From NCBI GenBank assembly GCA_965216465.1, contig CBDCFW010000006.1:1216001-1280000 (forward strand): a stretch of 64,000 nt of DNA, in the 5' to 3' direction. Below the pieces are notes generated by a model. The model was not told the DNA's origin, did no database searches, and worked only from the letters and a program-made list of their open reading frames with translations. Below are positions 27,496 to 37,181 of this stretch, piece after piece (within the stretch, counting starts at the first letter, position 1; each line of letters begins with the position of its first letter). The translations under genes and the position numbers were made by a program. Origin of the DNA: Bacteroidia bacterium (lineage in GTDB: Bacteria > Bacteroidota > Bacteroidia > NS11-12g > UBA9320).

Positions 27496-27963
27496 ATGCA
27501 ATCCAAAAAAATCCCTTTTTACTTATTTGCCTTTGTTACCCTGGTGACAAGCATGCTATTAATTATATCTAGTTGCGGACCAGTTGAAGAAGAAGTTGTA
27601 CCAGAAACTACAGTTACAGGGTATGCTACTGATGAAATTAGTGCTGTTCACAAAGTTGGCGAAAGCCCTTGTCCTCAACGAGTTGGGTCGGTCGAAGTTT
27701 TTTGCTTCGAAGGAGAAGAATATTATGGTTGTGATGCCGATTCAGTAGCGGTAAAAAATAGCCATCTCGCCTTAAACATGAGTTTTCCAAACGGTCAGTC
27801 TTCAACCTCATTATCAAACGGTCAAGGATCGATATCGCTTACGGTGGATTTTAACTGCGGTCAAACCACATCATTTACGCACGACATAGAATTGTGCTTC
27901 TTTAAAGACGGTCAACAAGTTGCTACTGAAACAGCGCGAGTGACTATGACAATTGAAGAGTAA
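27496..27963 (+). CDS. Cys-containing hypothetical lipoprotein
   Basis: Lipobox ISSC, acidic stretch, HKVGESPCPQ. Confidence 0.65.
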   Translation: MQSKKIPFYLFAFVTLVTSMLLIISSCGPVEEEVVPETTVTGYATDEISAVHKVGESPCPQRVGSVEVFCFEGEEYYGCDADSVAVKNSHLALNMSFPNGQSSTSLSNGQGSISLTVDFNCGQTTSFTHDIELCFFKDGQQVATETARVTMTIEE

Positions 27964-28426
27964 GAGCTTTGGTCATGTGGTAGTTAATCAAAACTTGACC
28001 CTTAACATGGTTGAGGTTTTTGTGTATTGATTTAAATCCTTTGGCTTTAAAAAAGTCTTGAGCAGTTATACTCACATCTGAAGATAATTCTAATGTATTA
28101 TGCGTTCGAGCGAAGTCTTCTAACTCATTCAAAATTTTTGATGCAATACCCATGCCTTGGTGCATATGGCTTGAATAGAGGAAGTCGATGTAGTTAAAGT
28201 CTTTAATAGAACCAAATCCGACGAGTTTACTTTCAAGTATAGCTACGATTACAATCTGTTCTTCTATTAATTTTTCCCAACGGTCCTTCTTCTCCGAACT
28301 AGAGGCCCAAACATCAATTTGTTCTGGAGTGTAGTCCTCGCTACATGTATTTCTTATGGTTTCAACGAACAGTCTTTTTAGAGCGTTTAGGTCATTGAAT
28401 TCTGCCGTGCGAAGTTTAAGTTCCAT
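27944..28426 (-). CDS. GNAT N-acetyltransferase (YafP-like)
   Basis: DYTPEQIDVWA, HQGMGIAS, SITAQDFFKAKGF, NYHMTK. Confidence 0.85.
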   Translation of the reverse strand: MELKLRTAEFNDLNALKRLFVETIRNTCSEDYTPEQIDVWASSSEKKDRWEKLIEEQIVIVAILESKLVGFGSIKDFNYIDFLYSSHMHQGMGIASKILNELEDFARTHNTLELSSDVSITAQDFFKAKGFKSIHKNLNHVKGQVLINYHMTKALTLQLS

Positions 28427-28546
28427 ATGAAATTTGTTGAGCTTAATTATTTTTAATTCTTTTCGACAAAACTACCTAATAGTTAAGTGAATTATGATAA
28501 AATTATGGGAATTGCATGAGGTCGTTATTCTATATTTGCACCCAAA

Positions 28547-28858
28547 ATGAAACGGTGGATGGCCATAGGTGCAATTTTGTTATTCTCCTTTGCGGGAATA
28601 CAGACGCTGTTTCATGGTGTAGAGTTTCATGAAGACGATTGTGAATCAACAGCAGAACATTATTGTGCTCCTGAATTTCACCATCACTGTGAACTCTGCG
28701 ACCTCTTTACGGGATTTGCCATAGTAAATGCCAAAGCGCAGTGGATTCCTTCAGATTTTATAGGAATTGTATTTGAGGATCTGCAACACCAAGAACCAAT
28801 TGCTTTATGGACTTATCCCCCTCAAGGAAGAGCTCCTCCGTTAAAACTGCATTCATAA
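28547..28858 (+). CDS. His/Cys-rich leader ORF with C-terminal RAPP motif (DUF2946-like)
   Basis: N-terminal hydrophobic segment, HYC..HHHCELC, QGRAPP five codons before stop; TATATTTG at 28531. Confidence 0.7.
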   Translation: MKRWMAIGAILLFSFAGIQTLFHGVEFHEDDCESTAEHYCAPEFHHHCELCDLFTGFAIVNAKAQWIPSDFIGIVFEDLQHQEPIALWTYPPQGRAPPLKLHS

Positions 28859-28894
28859 TATCCCTAAGTTTTAACAAAAAATCAAATCAATTTA

Positions 28895-31156
28895 ATGAGA
28901 AAAATGATGACTATGCTCATGATTATGGGCGTAGCATGGAGTGCATCGTCACAAGTAAATGTTAGTGGCGTTGTGCTTGAAAAAGAGTTAGGAATTCCGA
29001 TAGCTTATGCTGTTGTGAAACTAGGAGATCGTACGGCACTTACCAACGATAATGGCCGCTTTATGTTCAAAAATTGCGAAGTAGGTGATCTGTACTTTAA
29101 GCTCTCCTATTTAAGTTCAATAGCCTCTTTTAAACACCATGTTTTTAGTGATACCAGCTTGATGTTCTATTTTCATGTAGACCACAATGAAATCACCCAA
29201 ATTGTGGTGCGAGGCCATGAGCACGATAGCAATGAGTTTGCAGGCATTAAGTACGAGATAAGCCGAGATAAGATAGAAATGCGCGCAGCTACCTTGCTTA
29301 GTGATGCCTTGTATGATGTTAATGGAATACGCTTCCTAAAAACAGGAAACTCAATTGCCAAACCTATTATAAATGGTATGCACAGCAATCGCGTAGCTAT
29401 AGTAAATTCAGACAGCAGACAAGAAGGTCAACAATGGGGGAGTGAACACGCCCCTGAAGTTGATCCATTCAGTGCGGGCTCTGTTGAAGTGATAAAAGGA
29501 GCATCAACGTTATTGTACGGCAGCGATGCAACCGGCGGTATTATAAAACTAACACCATTGCCTTTTGCTGATTCAACCTATCGTCAGTTTCAATTGCATA
29601 CTCGATTTGCATCTAACCCTTTAGGAGGTTTGTTTGGTGGACAATGGGAGAAATTTAACAGGCAAAAGCATTTGGGGCAACGTTTGTCAATCAATGTTCA
29701 GAAGAATAGTGATGCCTCCGCTCCAAATTATGTTTTAAGCAATACCGGTTTTGACCAGCTAAGTGGAAGTTATTACATAACCAAACATATGGCTTCACAT
29801 CAATTCTCATTAAATCTTACTTCGTTTCAACAACAGCTGGGTATTTTGGCCGGAGCCCATATTGGAAATCTCACTGATTTGAAAAGGGCTTTAGCAAGTG
29901 ACACACCTACCATAGTAAATCCACGAACTTTTGAAATAGGCTTGCCATTTCAAAAGATTAATCACCACGCGGCAAAGCTGATGTGGGAATCGGTAGAAAC
30001 AGCTATGGGAGATGTAACGATGAGTTTAACTCATCAAGTCAATCATCGTGAAGAGTTTGATCGACATGGAACGGAAGATAAAGCCGCTCTTGACCTATTG
30101 CTGAATACAACTCAAGTTAATGCTTTAGTTGATAAGCATTTTGAAGAATGGAGAATTGAATACGGAGCAATGGGAGAACGCCAAACCAATATTTACAAAG
30201 GGCGTTACTTTATTCCGAATTACCTACGTCATAAATACGGGGTGTTTTCTGTGGCAACATTGAAGAAGCATCGTTATTTGTTGGAAGCGGGATTGCGGTT
30301 CGACGATCATTGGAACAGTACGTATAGAAACAACCGAAATGAGGTAGTGAATGATAAATTTCGTTTTTATGGCATTTCATCAGGATTAAGTGCATGGTAT
30401 AGGGTTAACACTACATCTCGTATTCAAATGTCAATCTCTTCTAAGTTTCGAGCTCCTGACATTAATGAGTTGTTTAGTGATGGACTTCATCACGGTACGG
30501 CCAATATCGAAATAGGAGACCTGAGTCTTACAACAGAGCGTAGTAATTCGTTGATCGCTGCGTATGAATTTAAGCACGAACGAATAGCAATCAATGTTGA
30601 ACCTTACGTTCATTACTTCAAGAATTATATCAATCTAGAACCAACTGGAGAAACGCAGTTAACCATTCGTGGAGCATTTCCTGTGTTTCGATACATTCAA
30701 ACCGATGTTATGTACAGTGGTGCAGATGCACAAATTCAGTTTGTGGCCAACGATCATTGGAGCATACGCACTGGAGGTAATTTGGTGTACGTACGAGACT
30801 TAGATGAGGATCGATTCATTTATGGAATTCCTGCACCGCAATTGAACGGAGGTGTAACCTACCGATTTTTTGATTTTGCATCTTTTGAGCACGGGAGCTT
30901 TAAGCTCAGACCCGAATACGTTTTTCAACAGAACTGGGTAGACGCAACCAATGATTTTGCCCCTATACCACAAGCTTATTTCTTGCTAAATGCGGAGATG
31001 ACCTTGCAATTTAAGTCGAGCCCATTGCGTGTGCTTTTGGGTGTAGACAATCTATTAAACAATTCCTACAGAGACTATTTAAACCGATACCGATACTTCG
31101 CCGATGAGCGAGGAATTCAGTTTAACATTACAATTAATTACAAAATAAGAAAATGA
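28895..31156 (+). CDS. TonB-dependent receptor, probable metal uptake
   Basis: Signal peptide, carboxypeptidase-like N-domain, plug (QQWGSEHAPEVD..VEVIKGASTLLYGSDATGG), GLHHG, NLLNNSYRDYLNRYRYF. Confidence 0.9.
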   Translation: MRKMMTMLMIMGVAWSASSQVNVSGVVLEKELGIPIAYAVVKLGDRTALTNDNGRFMFKNCEVGDLYFKLSYLSSIASFKHHVFSDTSLMFYFHVDHNEITQIVVRGHEHDSNEFAGIKYEISRDKIEMRAATLLSDALYDVNGIRFLKTGNSIAKPIINGMHSNRVAIVNSDSRQEGQQWGSEHAPEVDPFSAGSVEVIKGASTLLYGSDATGGIIKLTPLPFADSTYRQFQLHTRFASNPLGGLFGGQWEKFNRQKHLGQRLSINVQKNSDASAPNYVLSNTGFDQLSGSYYITKHMASHQFSLNLTSFQQQLGILAGAHIGNLTDLKRALASDTPTIVNPRTFEIGLPFQKINHHAAKLMWESVETAMGDVTMSLTHQVNHREEFDRHGTEDKAALDLLLNTTQVNALVDKHFEEWRIEYGAMGERQTNIYKGRYFIPNYLRHKYGVFSVATLKKHRYLLEAGLRFDDHWNSTYRNNRNEVVNDKFRFYGISSGLSAWYRVNTTSRIQMSISSKFRAPDINELFSDGLHHGTANIEIGDLSLTTERSNSLIAAYEFKHERIAINVEPYVHYFKNYINLEPTGETQLTIRGAFPVFRYIQTDVMYSGADAQIQFVANDHWSIRTGGNLVYVRDLDEDRFIYGIPAPQLNGGVTYRFFDFASFEHGSFKLRPEYVFQQNWVDATNDFAPIPQAYFLLNAEMTLQFKSSPLRVLLGVDNLLNNSYRDYLNRYRYFADERGIQFNITINYKIRK

Positions 31157-31704
31157 ACAAATCACAATTTATAAAGGCTTTAGGCCTAGTAGCAGTTTTA
31201 AGTTTAACCTTTACCGCTTGTAAAGAAGAAGTTGAAGATCCGCATGATCACAATGAAGAAGAATTAATAACTTCGGTTGAGCTGAGCTTTACAGAAGACA
31301 GCACAACTAACACCGTTGAATTTAAGTTTGCTGACCCAGATGGAGATGGAGGAAATGCTCCTACTCAACACGATACGATTCAATTGAAGGCGAACACAAC
31401 GTATAACCTTTCACTGAAGTTTTTAAATGAATCTGACCATGTTCATGACATTACAGGAGAAGTTGAAGAGGAAGCAGATGAGCATTTAGTGTGTTTTGAT
31501 GTTACTGGATCTACAACTGTTACCATAAATGACATGGATGGAAACAACCTTCCTTTAGGACTTGAGTCAACCGTTACAACTGGAGACTCGGAATCAGGAA
31601 GTTTTACTGTATCGCTTAAGCACCAGCCTGATGTTAAAAACGGAAGCTGTGACGTTGGTGAAACAGACGTTGAAGTTGCCTTCGTATTGCAGGTGGTTGA
31701 CTAA
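31153..31704 (+). CDS. His/acidic lipoprotein partner of the TonB receptor
   Basis: Lipobox FTAC, DPHDHNEEELIT, EADEH, LKHQP, GETDVEV; ATGA overlap with the receptor. Confidence 0.8.
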   Translation: MNKSQFIKALGLVAVLSLTFTACKEEVEDPHDHNEEELITSVELSFTEDSTTNTVEFKFADPDGDGGNAPTQHDTIQLKANTTYNLSLKFLNESDHVHDITGEVEEEADEHLVCFDVTGSTTVTINDMDGNNLPLGLESTVTTGDSESGSFTVSLKHQPDVKNGSCDVGETDVEVAFVLQVVD

Positions 31705-31786
31705 CAAAACATTAACTTTTTAGAATTGCTGTTATTGAGGTTCGATTTTAGGTAATTGTGGTATATTAGCAGTCAACCTAATTACC

Positions 31787-33472
31787 ATGTCGAACCCCAA
31801 TAACGCCGATTCGCTTAGGAAAGAATTAGAGGAACTTGCTCGATTTCCTGAAATGAATCCGGGGCCGGTTCTTCGCCTCGATAGACAAGCCAATGTTATT
31901 TTGGCTAATTCTGCTGCCCGCAAAATTTTTAATCACGAATCACTCATTGGAAAAAGTTGGTTAGACCTTTGTCCAGGACTAAACCAAGAAGAGTGGAATG
32001 ATATCAGTACATGCTCCAACGATGGGGGATTTGAAGCTGATGTAGCTGGTCAGTGCTATTTATTTACCCACGTTTGTCCAGAAGAAAGCGAAAACTATTT
32101 TGTGTTCGGTTCAAATGTTTCGAAGATTAAGCTTATTGAACGACAACTTGTAGAACAACAAAAGTCATTGGCCAATATGGCAAGGTTTCCAGACATGAAT
32201 CCTGGGCCTGTGCTTAGAATAAAAGAAGACGGTGAAATTATACTTTCAAACAAAGCGGCTAAGGGAGTATTTGGAGAAGACTTAAAGGGTCAAAATTGGT
32301 TAGACATTTGCAAAGGAATGACCCCCTCATTATGGAAAAAAGTAAATGAGGTTGATGAAATCACCTACCTTGAAGTAAAGATTGCTGGGCATATTTACAT
32401 GTTTACCCACACCAAAGATTTTCAAAGTCAGTTTGTATTTGTTTTTGGTGCTGATGTCACCGAACAAAAAAAGACGGAGAAGTCGCTTCAGCAATCCAAG
32501 AAAATGGCCACGTTAGGTACATTAGCTGCAGGGGTCGCTCATGAGCTCAATAATCCAGCAGCAGCAACCAAGCGAGCTTCGTCATACCTAAAAGAGAAAT
32601 TATCTGAGCTTGAGAAGGCTCACATTGCATTAAATCAGCGTGATTTGTCGGAAGCAGACCTTACCTTAATCAACCAATTTGAGAAAAGAGCCATTGAAAA
32701 AAGTTCAAGTGTTAATGAACTAGACGCGATGAGCAGATCAGACCTCGAAGCCGATATTGAAGATTGGTTGGATGATGAAGGATTTGATAACGATTTAGAT
32801 ATGGCTCCACAGCTTGTAGATCTTGGGTTTGCTATCGATGAGTTGGATGAGCTAAAAGGCAATCACAGCGAAGAAAATCTAGAAGCTATATTGAACTGGG
32901 TTTGCCTAATTTTTCCAGTTTATTCTTTGCTCACCGAAATCAGTGAAGGAACTGGGCGTATTTCAGAAATTGTTGTGGCTTTGAAGAATTATTCATTCTT
33001 GGGTCAAGCTCAGGTTTTAGATATTGATTTACATGCTGGGTTAGACAATACTTTGGTCATCCTCAGAAATAAAATGAAGGTAGGCGTTAAAGTTGAACGT
33101 GATTATGATGAGTCTGTTCCGCACATCATGGCTTATGGAAGTGAGTTAAACCAAGTTTGGACTAATTTAATTGATAATGCAGTTGATGCCATGGGCGGTG
33201 AGGGTACCATTAAACTGCGAACAAAGAATTTAAACAATCGCGTGCAGGTTGAAATAGAAGACAGTGGGTCCGGAATTTCGCAAGAACATGTCGATCAGAT
33301 ATTTGATCCGTTTTTTACAACGAAAACCATTGGAAAAGGTACTGGTTTAGGACTTTCAACCAGTTACGGAATTATAGTAGAAAAACATAAGGGAGAGATG
33401 ACTGTGACATCTCAGCCGGGTAAAACCATATTCAAAATAACATTACCGGTTAATTTAGATAATCATGAGTAA
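31787..33472 (+). CDS. Cytoplasmic histidine kinase with two PAS-like repeats
   Basis: ARFPEMNPGPVLR repeated at a 114-aa period; AHELNNP H-box, NQVWTNLIDNA, DSGSG, FFTTK, GTGLGL. Confidence 0.9.
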   Translation: MSNPNNADSLRKELEELARFPEMNPGPVLRLDRQANVILANSAARKIFNHESLIGKSWLDLCPGLNQEEWNDISTCSNDGGFEADVAGQCYLFTHVCPEESENYFVFGSNVSKIKLIERQLVEQQKSLANMARFPDMNPGPVLRIKEDGEIILSNKAAKGVFGEDLKGQNWLDICKGMTPSLWKKVNEVDEITYLEVKIAGHIYMFTHTKDFQSQFVFVFGADVTEQKKTEKSLQQSKKMATLGTLAAGVAHELNNPAAATKRASSYLKEKLSELEKAHIALNQRDLSEADLTLINQFEKRAIEKSSSVNELDAMSRSDLEADIEDWLDDEGFDNDLDMAPQLVDLGFAIDELDELKGNHSEENLEAILNWVCLIFPVYSLLTEISEGTGRISEIVVALKNYSFLGQAQVLDIDLHAGLDNTLVILRNKMKVGVKVERDYDESVPHIMAYGSELNQVWTNLIDNAVDAMGGEGTIKLRTKNLNNRVQVEIEDSGSGISQEHVDQIFDPFFTTKTIGKGTGLGLSTSYGIIVEKHKGEMTVTSQPGKTIFKITLPVNLDNHE

Positions 33473-35129
33473 ACCAATTATACTGTGTGTTGACGACGAT
33501 CCAGAAGTGCTGGCATCTGTCGAGAGAGATTTAAGATCGAGGTATCGAAAAGAATTTAGAATAATAAAAGCATTGGGGTCTCAAAATGGACTAGAAACCG
33601 CAGAGACCATTAAGAAAAGAGGTACACCAATAGCTCTGTTTTTGGTAGACCAGCGTATGCCGGGTATGACGGGAACAGAATTCTTGAGTAAGATGACCAC
33701 GCTCCACCCCGAAAGTGCTAAAGTGTTATTAACGGCGTATTCTGATACAGAGGCAGCAATAGTGAGCATTAATGAAATTGCCTTAGATCATTATTTACTC
33801 AAGCCCTGGGATCCACCAGAAGAAAAATTATATCCGGTATTAGATGATCTTTTGAGTTTATGGAGAAGCAAGGCTACTGAAACATTTGACGGTATTCGAA
33901 TTGCTGGAGCAAGATGGTCATCAAACTGTTATGAATTGAAAGAATTTATGTCGCGGAATCAAGTTCCATACAAATGGATTGATGTCGATAAAGATGAGTC
34001 CATGCGCGAAATGGTAAAATCGATAACTGGTGAACCGAATAAGCTTCCTGTGGTCTTCTTTGAGGATGGCAGTGTGTTAATTCAGCCAACAGTTCAAGAA
34101 GTTGCTAAAAAAGTTGGGCTGAAAACTTCAGCGGCCAATCCGTTTTACGACGTCGTGGTAATTGGAAGTGGTCCAGCTGGATTAGCCAACGCAGTATATG
34201 CAGCATCGGAGGGATTAAAAACATTAATTGTAGAGCGACAAGCTCCAGGAGGGCAAGCAGGAACAAGTTCGCGTATAGAAAATTATTTAGGTTTTCCGGC
34301 TGGCTTATCAGGTGCAGATTTAGCACAACGTGCAGTGGCCCAAGCTAAAAAGTTTGGAGCTGAATTGTTAACGGCACAAGAAGTAGTAGAGGTTAAAGAA
34401 AATGGACCGTACAAAGTTGTTCGGTTTAAAGATGGCAAAGAAGTTTCTGCATATGCAGTTGTTCTTGCTACGGGTATGAAGGTTCGAAAACTTGAGATGA
34501 AGGGTATTGATAAGCTGCAAGGAATAGGCGTGTTTTACGGAGCAGCAATGACAGAGGCCTCGACGTATAAAGGTGAAGAGGTTTGTATAATTGGAGGAGC
34601 CAACTCTGCCGGACAAGGGGCACTGTTCTTTAGCCGCTATGCGAAGAAGGTAAATATTATGATTCGAAGAGATTCATTTGTAGAAACCATGTCAAGTTAT
34701 TTGAGTGAAAGAATTGAAACTACACCGAACATAGAAATCATTCCAAATGCGGAAGTTCAAGAAGTTGTTGGCAACGACGGTTTGGAGCTTGTGAGATACA
34801 AAAACAATAAGACTGGCGACATGCATGAACTGAACGCAAGAGCGATGTTTATCTTTATTGGTTCGGCTCCGCAGTCAGATTTTGTAAGTGACTTCGTTAG
34901 TACTGATGAGAAAGGATTTATTTTAACCGGTTCTGACCTGCCTAGACTTAAAAATAATCGTCCGGCCAATTGGAATTTGAAACGTGATCCATTCTTATTT
35001 GAGACCAGTGTACCTGGGGTGTTTAGTGTTGGGGATATCCGCCACGGCTCGAATCATCGAGTTGCTGCCGCGGTTGGAGAAGGCTCAGCATGTATTCATT
35101 TGGTACACAAGTATATTGAGACAGTATAA
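33465..35129 (+). CDS. Receiver domain fused to a thioredoxin-reductase-like flavoprotein
   Basis: REC (VDDD, DQRMP, LTAY, KPW), glutaredoxin-like middle, GSGPAG, GGANSAGQ, ETSVPGVFSVGD. Confidence 0.9.
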   Translation: MSKPIILCVDDDPEVLASVERDLRSRYRKEFRIIKALGSQNGLETAETIKKRGTPIALFLVDQRMPGMTGTEFLSKMTTLHPESAKVLLTAYSDTEAAIVSINEIALDHYLLKPWDPPEEKLYPVLDDLLSLWRSKATETFDGIRIAGARWSSNCYELKEFMSRNQVPYKWIDVDKDESMREMVKSITGEPNKLPVVFFEDGSVLIQPTVQEVAKKVGLKTSAANPFYDVVVIGSGPAGLANAVYAASEGLKTLIVERQAPGGQAGTSSRIENYLGFPAGLSGADLAQRAVAQAKKFGAELLTAQEVVEVKENGPYKVVRFKDGKEVSAYAVVLATGMKVRKLEMKGIDKLQGIGVFYGAAMTEASTYKGEEVCIIGGANSAGQGALFFSRYAKKVNIMIRRDSFVETMSSYLSERIETTPNIEIIPNAEVQEVVGNDGLELVRYKNNKTGDMHELNARAMFIFIGSAPQSDFVSDFVSTDEKGFILTGSDLPRLKNNRPANWNLKRDPFLFETSVPGVFSVGDIRHGSNHRVAAAVGEGSACIHLVHKYIETV

Positions 35130-35141
35130 AGAAAAGATAAA

Positions 35142-35366
35142 TTGAAACTAAAGTACTTTATAAAATCAGGCTGGATGCTTTCGGCCTTAAAGGTGGCGTT
35201 AATTGTTGGGACCATTTTATTTGCTATTAATCATGGTGAGGCGGTTTTTAATGGTCATATGAACCCAGGAAGATGGGCTTCGGTGGTGTTAAGCTACATT
35301 GTGCCTTATTGTGTTTACATAGTCGGAAAGGCGTCTAATATGAAGGCGAATGGCGAAAAGCCTTAG
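35142..35366 (+). CDS. nrtS: Small two-TM NrtS-like protein
   Basis: ALKVALIVGTILFAINHG..RW..LSYIVPYCV matches the NrtS family pattern. Confidence 0.7.
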   Translation: MKLKYFIKSGWMLSALKVALIVGTILFAINHGEAVFNGHMNPGRWASVVLSYIVPYCVYIVGKASNMKANGEKP

Positions 35367-36481
35367 TCTATTTGATACAAGGCCAAACGTCGAGCATTCT
35401 TAGAGCCATCCCGGTTATAATAGCTTAAAATTATTCTTTCAGGGAGGATGTGAATGTAGAAAATATCTCTGTTCTCCTTTGCAGGTAAATCATCATTTAT
35501 AGTATTGTCGCCAACAAAATTCCCTTCAAACTCAAGCTTAATTGCGTAGTGACCCTTGTAAGGAAACATTTTGATATTACTAGTAAATACCTCAAAATTC
35601 AATTCAGAAAAAGTGCTGTCAACTGGAAGTTTTTCCATTTTTATACCCTCAGAAGGAAAATTGATATTAAAAGGGAATTCGTATAGTTTAACTCCATACT
35701 TTAGACCTTTATTAATGTATTTGTATTCATTGCGGTCGGGTGTTAACTTATACAAAAGTTCTTGCTGGCTTTTTGCAGTTTCGTGCTGAAAATACATTTG
35801 ATAAACCAGCTCTTCCTCCGACAAGTCGTGGTGCTTTTTTATACTGTCGACCAATGCTTCGAATTTCATTGGCTTTGGATAGCTTGCTCCTAATAGACTG
35901 TTAATTGAATCGATGAGCATCTCATAAGAATCGGGCTCGTCATCGTCATAATCAGGTGCAACTAGTAATTGTTCACCTTCTTTTGGAGTATAGACGGGAA
36001 TGTATCTTTGATTCCCTTGTTTTCCATCATTTACGATATATTCTGTTGTATTGTAAAGCAATTTGCCGTTTGACCAGCCATTATCCATTTTAATTAATTT
36101 AAGCATTGACAAAGCCGACAGATCAATATCAGGATCAAAAAGATAGCCTTTCGACTCGTGTAAAAAGATTTGTGGAGTAAAAGGTTCAACTCCTGAATCG
36201 ACGGGGTAGTCTTTTGGAATAAATTGAATAGGAGAGTATGGAAGGCTTAACGTGTCGAGGTGGCGCATCGAAAGGTGAAATGCGAACATATGGCCACGAC
36301 CATACTGCGGGTTTTTTACAAATTGTCTTTTTGAAAATGCATTGAACCATTGCTCAAAGCTGTCTAATTCTTGCGGAAGATTAATTTGAAGATCTAATGC
36401 ATTATAAAACCGCTTTCGCTGAGCACTTGCATCAAACGTAAGACTTATAATAATTGAAAAAATTAAGAGTACACGCAGCAT
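35363..36481 (-). CDS. Secreted hypothetical protein
   Basis: Signal peptide ending ASAQ; no recognisable motif. Confidence 0.6.
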   Translation of the reverse strand: MLRVLLIFSIIISLTFDASAQRKRFYNALDLQINLPQELDSFEQWFNAFSKRQFVKNPQYGRGHMFAFHLSMRHLDTLSLPYSPIQFIPKDYPVDSGVEPFTPQIFLHESKGYLFDPDIDLSALSMLKLIKMDNGWSNGKLLYNTTEYIVNDGKQGNQRYIPVYTPKEGEQLLVAPDYDDDEPDSYEMLIDSINSLLGASYPKPMKFEALVDSIKKHHDLSEEELVYQMYFQHETAKSQQELLYKLTPDRNEYKYINKGLKYGVKLYEFPFNINFPSEGIKMEKLPVDSTFSELNFEVFTSNIKMFPYKGHYAIKLEFEGNFVGDNTINDDLPAKENRDIFYIHILPERIILSYYNRDGSKNARRLALYQID

Positions 36482-36548
36482 TGTATCGCAAGATAAACGA
36501 TATAAAATGGAAAGTAAAATTGGTCAAGCGCTGTATACTTGCATTTCG

Positions 36549-37130
36549 ATGCAGTCAGAACTTTTAGCACAAGATATAATATTAGAAAATGAGCGAGCAA
36601 TGCTTCTTCCATTCAACCATGAACGACAGGCAGAACTTAAAGAAATCATTTACGATCCAGAGATCTGGACTTATATGGGTATGGAGATGAAGTCAAAAGA
36701 CGACTTCTCAAACTACATTAAAAGCACAATCCAAGCTTGGGAGGATGGAATATGTTATCCATTTATCATTGTCGATAAACGTTCTAATCGAGTTGCCGGG
36801 TCATCTCGTTATGGTTACATAAATGAGGCCAGTGAAAAATGCGAAATCGGTTGGACCTGGTATGGCAAAGATTTTCAAGGCACAGGACTGAATCATCAGT
36901 GCAAAAAACTCTTATTGTCTTATGGCTTTGAAGAAATTGGTTTCAGAAGGATTCAACTCAGTGCAGATGCTGAAAATCTACGATCACAACGAGCAATAGA
37001 GAAACTTGGAGCACAGAAAGAGGGATTCTTCCGCAATAACTACATCGATGCAAAAGGTGAGAGCAGAGACGATGTTTACTTCAGCATAATAAGAGAGGAC
37101 TGGGAGGCTATTAAGCAAAGCCATTTTTGA
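36549..37130 (+). CDS. GNAT N-acetyltransferase (RimJ/RimL type)
   Basis: EIGWTW..QGTGLN..NLRSQRAIEKLGA.KEG; ATG 36549 preferred over 36507. Confidence 0.85.
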   Translation: MQSELLAQDIILENERAMLLPFNHERQAELKEIIYDPEIWTYMGMEMKSKDDFSNYIKSTIQAWEDGICYPFIIVDKRSNRVAGSSRYGYINEASEKCEIGWTWYGKDFQGTGLNHQCKKLLLSYGFEEIGFRRIQLSADAENLRSQRAIEKLGAQKEGFFRNNYIDAKGESRDDVYFSIIREDWEAIKQSHF

Positions 37131-37181
37131 GATAAAATGTTTGACTTACAGAACATAGAAGCAGTTTAACTTGTTGAAAGA

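Noticed and set aside
33465-35129. Housekeeping thioredoxin reductase trxB
   Set aside because: It lacks the CxxC and carries receiver and glutaredoxin-like N-terminal domains
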